Below, piece after piece: positions 26,325-29,688 of a stretch of 29,688 nucleotides of DNA. The DNA lies in contig KZ538254.1 of assembly GCA_000934665.2 (NCBI GenBank), positions 62,001 to 91,688 on the forward strand, in the 5' to 3' direction. Origin of the DNA: Catajapyx aquilonaris (Eukaryota). The translations under genes were made by a program, and so were the position numbers. The notes under the pieces were generated by a model. That model worked only from the letters and a program-made list of their open reading frames with translations. It did no database searches and was not told the origin of the DNA. Each line of letters opens with the position of its first letter. The stretch's first letter is position 1.

Positions 26325-26947
26325 CGTCTAGCTCCCACAGTGTATTTTCCGCCGAGGGGGATTTGCATCACAGTCATCACACGGGAAGGACGAGCAGTTC
26401 AGTGAGTATGCCATTCATTGCCGCACACACACGATTCGTGGGTGATGATCATCATCGCGCTGTTCCATCTCGTCGTCGTCGGCCTTGATCGTGAACTTGT
26501 CGTCTGCACAGCGGAAAGGGCGGTCCGAATGGAATTCATATCGGGCCGATTAAAAGGGTGGGATGATGATGTGACGACCGAGTGTCATATTATATAGGAA
26601 GTATCTTAGAGTTGGTGGGGTGTGTGGGGGGCAAAGGTCCTCGTTTCTGCATCCTCATTCACCCCCTTGCTGACGACTCAGCTGTTTTTCTGCTGCTGCA
26701 AGCGCACTCGGCTATTACAACACCGGTGCACTGGGCACGGGGTTAGGTAATAATTATGTGATGCCATCCCCTCCTTTGGATAAGAGCGGGGAGATCAGCT
26801 GCTGGTGGGGCAAGGGTCGGCCACACAGACCGCCTGTTGCCTGCCTGGCGCTTTTACGTCTGGACTCATTGCAGCAGAGGAAGAGAGAGAGAGAGGGTGC
26901 CGGGCACTGCTGGATGAGCGTCGATGGGTGGGAAGCATCAGCCCACC
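25492..26947. promoter_or_regulatory. Divergent promoter and 5'UTR region shared by CDC27 (-) and AGPAT3/4 (+)
   Basis: Head-to-head ATGs 1.45 kb apart. A minus-strand acceptor at 25515-25513, a plus-strand donor GTGAGT at ~26402 and an acceptor TTGCAG at ~26874 suggest non-coding first exons for both genes. Confidence 0.55.
26291..26320. repeat. (CT)15 microsatellite in the CDC27/AGPAT divergent interval
   Basis: Direct reading of the sequence. Confidence 0.95.
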
Positions 26948-28833
26948 ATGGCAGGAGGAGGAGGAAGGACCACTGGCCTGCACCTGCTGCCCTTCCACCT
27001 CTCCCTTGGCTTGATCTTCCTCCTCTCCGGACTCATCGTCAACGCCATTCAGGCCACCCTCTACATGCTGCTCAGGCCATACAGTCCGCAGACCTACAGG
27101 AAGATCAACTACTACCTAGCATACGCACTCAATTCACGTGAGTTAGCAGGGGGGGAACAACAACTCCTTCATGCCTCTCCTATTTTCGTGGAAGAAGGGC
27201 ACATACTTTGAGATAATCCCCCCCACCTGTTGCATTATGTGCACACAGCCAAAGCGCTCCTTTCATGTGGCATTGTCATTTGGGAAATTTAACGAGACAT
27301 GTGCCTCTCTACATATTTCTATGCATGCACCTGCGAACGCACATCTGCCACTTGTTGTATTTGTGGTGACACAGGTGGCCCCTATTTGTTTCTCTGGCAT
27401 TGCATCAAGTACACACACGGTTCAGCTTTGAGCCAAAACCAAGGCCACGACACGTAGCCCAATAAAATTCTATATTTCGCTCGCTAACAGTCCTAAATTT
27501 CGTTTCAGCTTTGCATGGTTTTTGATTTACTTCCTTGTTGTTCATTTTATTTCATCTGTTTCATTTCATTGCTTTCAGGCGTAATAATTGCATTATACAT
27601 GCATTACAAAAATAAAATGGTACTCACTGTCGCTCATGTATCCTTGCAGAGTTGGTGTTCCTGGTTGAATGGTGGTCAGGATCAGACACTATATTTTATG
27701 CTGACCCCGAGACAAAGGCCAAACTGTTGGGTCATGAGCATGCAATGCTTGTGATGAACCACACGTATGACGTGGACTGGCTCATGGGCTGGCTGGTGGT
27801 GGAACGCTTCGGGGTCCTTGGAAATGCCAAGGTCTTCATCAAGAAGATGCTGCGAAACGTGCCTGTCATGGGCTGGAACTGGTTCTTCAGCGAGTCTGTC
27901 TACCTGGAGAGGGACTGGACAAAGGACCAGCAGACGTTTGGGCCTCAGCTCCTGAGGCTTGTGAATTATCCAGACCCAATGTGGCTCCTTCTCTTTGCGG
28001 AGGGGACCAGGTTCACCGCGGAGAAGCACCGCCTCAGCATGGAGGTCGCCAGGTCAAAGGGACTTCCAGAGCTGAAGCACCACCTTCTCCCGAGGACCCG
28101 AGGCTTTGTTGCCAGCCTGCCACACATCCGTGGAAAGATCCCCGCCATCTACGACGTCATTGTTAGCGTCGCTCCACAGGATGCTCCAAAGGCACAGCTG
28201 CACTCCCTGCTGCTGGGCACCTGTCCCTTCCAGGCGCATCTTCTCATACGCCGCATACCTCTGGAGGAAGTGCCAGAGGACCCAACTGAGGCGGCCGACT
28301 GGCTTCAACAGCTATACCGGAAGAAAGATCGGGTGCTGGATGGCTTCATTCAGAGTGCCATGAAGGACCCTTCCAAAGCAACTTTCCCTCTGGACAAGGA
28401 GCACGGGCTGGAGACTTACCAGCAGTACCGTCTTCCTCGTCGGCCGTACTCGCTGCTGAATGAGCTGCTCTGGGGAGCCATCACCATCCTTCCGCTTTTG
28501 TATGGACTGATGAAGGTCTTCACATCTGGGAACTACCTCCTCATGTCTGTCGTTTCCGTCTTGATGCTCTTGGGTGAGAAGCATTTCCTGTTCACTTTTG
28601 TAGATGCATGTAGCAAAGACAGCAATTGGAATCATTGCTGCTGCCTTGTCTTGCAGTGGCTTAGCCAATTACTTGCAGGAGTAAAAACCAAATGAATTGT
28701 TTCAGCCCTGGTTGGACTGAAAAAGATGATTGGACTGACGAGAATCAGCAAAGCTTCTTCCTACGGATCTTCCCCGACTTCAGGTTCTCCGGCCCACAGC
28801 CCCGCAACGGAGAGGCACCTGAAGGCCCAGTGA
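26948..28833 (+). CDS. AGPAT3: 1-acyl-sn-glycerol-3-phosphate acyltransferase gamma/delta (AGPAT3/4 family), 3 coding exons, ~413 aa
   Basis: Exons 26948-27137 (Kozak gcccaccATGG), 27650-28573 and 28706-28833; 1242 nt in frame. Motifs [20 protein letters not shown] (motif I), FAEGTRF (motif III), [12 protein letters not shown] and C-terminal [19 protein letters not shown]3 versus AGPAT4 cannot be resolved by eye. Confidence 0.92.
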
Positions 28834-29165
28834 CGCAGGCGCCTCCCATTCGCTTGAAGCCAAAAAAGCCCCTCTCCTTATCCCCCCCCCCCCACCTCCC
28901 TCCTTGATTCCCGGAAACTGAAAAGGGCCAAACGTTCATTGTCGTAAATATGTGACCATGACAGGTGGAAACACTGCAAGAACAGAGCTCCCCCCTCTCT
29001 ATTTTGTCTATTGTTACTGCATTTTGTATGCTTTGTACTGGTAGGTGGTAGGATCTCTCTTTCCCCCTCCCCTCCCACTCCCCCCGCATGTTTTTTTTGT
29101 GGTTTGTACTTGAGAAGTCTATTGTTGTACAGTTCACACTTATGCCTGGGTGCACAATGAATGTG

Positions 29166-29171
29166 AATAAA
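29166..29171 (+). terminator. Poly(A) signal AATAAA for AGPAT3/4
   Basis: AATAAA about 330 nt after the stop, followed by TTGTTGT. Confidence 0.65.
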
Positions 29172-29688
29172 AATAATTAATACTTGTTGTCTACACCCGG
29201 ATTTGTGCTTTGGATCCCCCCCCTCTCACAACTCCGCTTGAGTAACACTAACAGGTGATAGCGCCCCAAATCACAGAGTACGAACCTGTGTTTTATAATA
29301 GCTTATCACTTGATAACGAGCCACGTGTGGGTGATTATTGGAATTACGCAATTACTCATTGGGCGATCCCAGCAACCTGCTTATGCGGTGCAAGAATAGC
29401 ACGTGGTATTCCTCCCAATTGCATGAAACACAATGGCCGTAAATCATATGCGCCTTGACATTTGTGAGTCAGTGCTGGTGAAGTATGAACACCCGACACA
29501 TTTTAAATGCGGTTACACCTATTGAGAAGTACATACAGCGCAATATATCGTTGCGGAACTTGTTTTGAAATCTGGATTTTTTGCCAGGTTTAAGTTGCTC
29601 CAACTTGTGAAGGGAAAAGTGTGGATTAATGCGCAACTAACAATCAAATGCAATTAATTTCACAAGCTCATTTCGACTGGATTCAAGC

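Noticed and set aside
25639..26405. Three overlapping 170-200 aa plus-strand ORFs
   Set aside because: A purine/G-rich promoter-UTR tract that lacks stops by composition; no domain content.

Overview
Eukaryotic (invertebrate metazoan, probably arthropod) genomic DNA with GT-AG introns, most of them about 60-85 nt. Bases 1-13.5 kb have no recognisable coding sequence. They contain microsatellites, a hAT-type MITE and four perfect CRE palindromes, and may be the long first intron of an unidentified minus-strand gene whose putative first exon is at 13814-13964. The right half is a dense housekeeping cluster: ACAT2 (+), NT5DC1 (-), LSM10 (-), CDC27 (-) and AGPAT3/4 (+), each reconstructed exon by exon into full-length frames. 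The most striking feature is that NT5DC1 appears to be nested on the SAME strand inside the last intron of LSM10 (a U7 snRNP protein). A strong-looking in-frame acceptor could also produce an LSM10-NT5DC1 fusion protein. All gene models come from sequence inspection and recalled family motifs; no searches were run.
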